A DNA stretch of 33,146 bases from a virus. Taxonomy: Duplodnaviria; Heunggongvirae; Uroviricota; Caudoviricetes. Positions within the stretch are counted from its first letter, which is position 1; each line of letters starts with the position of its first letter. The translations under genes and the position numbers were made by a program. This document shows, one piece after another, positions 31,559-33,146 of the stretch. Location: the IMG/VR virus record IMGVR_UViG_3300034102_002845. One strand, written 5' to 3'. The notes beneath the pieces were generated by a model. That model was given only the letters and a program-made list of their open reading frames with translations, was not told the DNA's origin and did no database searches.

Positions 31559-32453
31559 CATAAAGGTTCCACTCAGAGGTGACTCTGATTGAAAATCGGG
31601 TGAATTGCTGGGATACCTTAGTTTTGCTTTTGCAAAATAGGCAATCAGCAGCCAAGTTTACTTAGGGTCTCTACTAACTATAGTAGTGTTAAGTAAAAAG
31701 GTTCAACGACTAGAAAGTGATCAACCCTGAAATAATCTTTCCACGAGCGCCCGACTCTCGTAACAACCACTTCTTAAGAAGATACCTAAGAATGTGCTTT
31801 AGCATAAGATCCTTATCTCGCGTAAAATGCAAGAGGGATGGTTTAGAAAAGCACAGAATTCTACCTAAATGTATGGGTGGAACTTACAACCCCGAAAACG
31901 TAGTTTTAACTACAAGAAGAGAACATACAGTTCTTCATTTAGTACTTCATAAAGCTTTCCCCACTAATATAAAACTCGCTGAATGCGCCTCCTTAATGAA
32001 CGGATCCAAAGGGTCCAAGTTCTACAAGACTCTGGAGTATTGTCAGAAAAACGAGGAAAAGTCAAAACGGATAGCTGAGTCTAACAGAAGGAGAAAAGTT
32101 TCTTGGGGTCATAAAATTTCCAGCTCCCTAAAAGGTCGAACCAAAGACAAGGAGCACAGGGATAAGATAAGTAGCACTATGAAAGAAGTGTGGAAAAATA
32201 ATCCCACAATGATTGACAAGTGCTCCCGTAAAAACTCTATCCATAGCGATGAGTCAAAGCGAAAAATTTCCTGTGCGATATCAAAACAAAGATGGTACTG
32301 GAAAATCGAAGGTGCAGAAGTGATTAGAACTCGGTCAGAAAAACACCCCGGCGAGGGGTGGCAGCTGGGCCGTAATCCGAGATGATGATATAGTCTGAAC
32401 TTTACAGAAATGTAGAGAAGTAAAGGATAAAGAGCCTTTACGATAACAAGTTG
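31559..32453 (+). mobile_element. group I intron 1 (IA-like, 895 nt) with HNH ORF in L8
   Basis: P3 TCGGGTG/CGCCCGA(31748), P GAATTGCTGGGA, Q AATCAGCAG, P7 GACTA(31708)/TAGTC(32391), extra P7.1/7.2 region, P9 hairpins, P9.0 AAC/GTT, terminal G 32453. Confidence 0.9.
31717..32385 (+). CDS. intron-encoded HNH homing endonuclease with NUMOD3-like C-terminal repeats
   Basis: EKHRILPKCMGG...PENVVLTT.REH...HL.L (HNH); KISSSLKGR..EHRDKIS..MK and HSDESKRKIS (NUMOD3-like); start codon uncertain (GTG 31717 vs ATG 31792). Confidence 0.85.
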   Translation: MINPEIIFPRAPDSRNNHFLRRYLRMCFSIRSLSRVKCKRDGLEKHRILPKCMGGTYNPENVVLTTRREHTVLHLVLHKAFPTNIKLAECASLMNGSKGSKFYKTLEYCQKNEEKSKRIAESNRRRKVSWGHKISSSLKGRTKDKEHRDKISSTMKEVWKNNPTMIDKCSRKNSIHSDESKRKISCAISKQRWYWKIEGAEVIRTRSEKHPGEGWQLGRNPR

Positions 32454-32480
32454 CTACAACAAACTTATGCAGGTGTGGAT
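32454..32480 (+). CDS. probable major capsid protein, exon 2 (LQQTYAGVD)
   Basis: 27 nt between terminal G of intron 1 and P1 (GGAU/GUCC) of intron 2; in frame. Confidence 0.8.
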
Positions 32481-32741
32481 TAATTAGGGTCCCAACTTCC
32501 AAACAAAGTTGAAAATCGGGTGAATTGCTGGGATACCTTAGTTTTGCTTTTGCAAAATAGGCAATCAGCAGCCAAGGCCCCTAGGGATAGGGGCAAGGTT
32601 CAACGACTAGATTAAGTAGCCTAGAACAGGCGAACAATCCACGAGCGCCCGACTCTTTGCTCAAGCAAAGATGATGATATAGTCTGACCTGTATGGAAAC
32701 ATACAGAAGCAAAAGATAAAGAGCTTTTGCGATAACACTGG
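32481..32741 (+). mobile_element. group I intron 2 (IA-like, 261 nt, no ORF)
   Basis: P1 GGAT/GTCC, P10 ATTAGG with CCAAT, P3 TCGGGTG/CGCCCGA, P7 GACTA(32605)/TAGTC(32680), P8 TCTTTGC/GCAAAGA, terminal G. Confidence 0.9.
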
Positions 32742-32780
32742 CCAATCCTCACAACACTCGCACAAGGCTTCATGCTCCCT
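32742..32780 (+). CDS. probable major capsid protein, exon 3 (PILTTLAQGFMLP)
   Basis: 39 nt, in frame; spliced VDPILTTLAQGF resembles the (V)DP+LT.+A.GY N-terminus of Mu-like major capsid proteins. Confidence 0.8.
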
Positions 32781-32995
32781 TTGGTGTAGGGGAAAAGAAA
32801 TTGGGTGAACTGCGGGAAAGCCTACTTTTGCTTAGCAAAAGGGTCAATCCGCAGCCAAGCTTCCGGTACACCGGAAGAAGGTTCAGAGACTACCTGGGGG
32901 ATTTAGTTCCCTTAATAACAGGCTAGAGCGCCCAACGTTTTGTAAAGAAACGATAAGATAGTCCGACACTCTGTGTAAGCAGAGAAAACATACTG
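32781..32995 (+). mobile_element. group I intron 3 (IA-like, 215 nt, no ORF, divergent from 1/2/4)
   Basis: P1 TCCCT/GGGGA, P10 GGTGTA with TCCACC (5/6 pairs), P3 TTGGGTG/CGCCCAA, P GAACTGCGGGAA, Q AATCCGCAG, R GTTCAGAGACTA, S AAGATAGTCC, P8 CGTTT/AAACG. Confidence 0.9.
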
Positions 32996-33013
32996 TCCAC
33001 CAACATTGCGAAT
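32996..33013 (+). CDS. probable major capsid protein, exon 4 (STNIAN)
   Basis: 18 nt, in frame; ends GAAT like exon 1. Confidence 0.75.
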
Positions 33014-33146
33014 CGATAGGGTTCCACTCAGAGGTGACTCTGATTGAAAATCGGGTGAATTGCTGGGATACCTTAGTTTTGCTTTTGCAAAATAGGCAAT
33101 CAGCAGCCAAGTTTACTTAGGGTCTCTACTAACTATAGTAGTGTTA
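33014..33146 (+). mobile_element. group I intron 4 (5' part; runs off the window)
   Basis: 33020-33146 identical to intron 1 31565-31691; P1 GAAT/GTTC. Confidence 0.85.

Noticed and set aside
31550-31582. Unspliced ORF MMNHKGSTQR* at the strong SD
   Set aside because: It is the read-through of exon 1 into intron 1 and stops after 10 codons; it is explained by the splicing model.
32451-32453. Alternative 3' splice site for intron 1 at G32450, which would add Leu (MMNLLQQ...)
   Set aside because: It is also in frame, but the P9.0 pairing (AAC after P7 with GTT before G32453) favours 32453. Not fully excluded without cDNA.
32883-33110. Minus-strand 75-aa ORF from the track
   Set aside because: It is antisense to introns 3-4 and exon 4, with no recognisable motif; a shadow ORF.
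31565-33146. Direct repeats of 68-127 nt suggesting a CRISPR array or terminal repeat
   Set aside because: They are too long and irregularly spaced, and they map to group I intron core elements (P3-P6), not repeat-spacer units.
1-33146. tRNA or rRNA genes, integrase, transposase
   Set aside because: No cloverleaf with T-loop GTTCRA context or recombinase/transposase motifs recognised by eye; the GTTCAA strings near 31.7 and 32.6 kb are intron R elements. tRNAscan-SE was not run.

Overview
A 33 kb segment of a tailed dsDNA phage genome with a contractile tail and Mu-like head genes. The host is probably a cyanobacterium, inferred from a DUF1517 gene, a Pol gamma-like polymerase and small ORFs resembling cyanophage hypothetical proteins. 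1-11.6 kb: dense early/accessory region of small ORFs, including a metallophosphoesterase, a NadR-like P-loop kinase, a frameshifted DUF1517/FLAP1-like gene and orphan antitoxin-like ORFs (HigA-like, two PrlF-like), with a repeated sigma70-like promoter. 11.6-18.2 kb: type IIA topoisomerase A subunit and a mitochondrial Pol gamma-like family A DNA polymerase. 19.5-31.4 kb: tail assembly chaperone with a -1 slippery site, Mu gpG-like protein, tail X-like protein, very large tail sheath, gp25-like wedge, DUF935 portal, Mu gpI-like protease/scaffold, gpF-like protein and head decoration protein, mostly preceded by a GGGTAAAAC motif. The most striking feature is at 31.55-33.15 kb, which the ORF track misses. 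The start of the probable major capsid gene is cut into micro-exons of 9, 27, 39 and 18 nt (spliced: MMN-LQQTYAGVD-PILTTLAQGFMLP-STNIAN...) by at least four group I introns. Only intron 1 visibly carries an HNH/NUMOD3 endonuclease, and introns 1 and 4 are identical over 127 nt. All family assignments come from motifs recognised by eye; no database searches were run.
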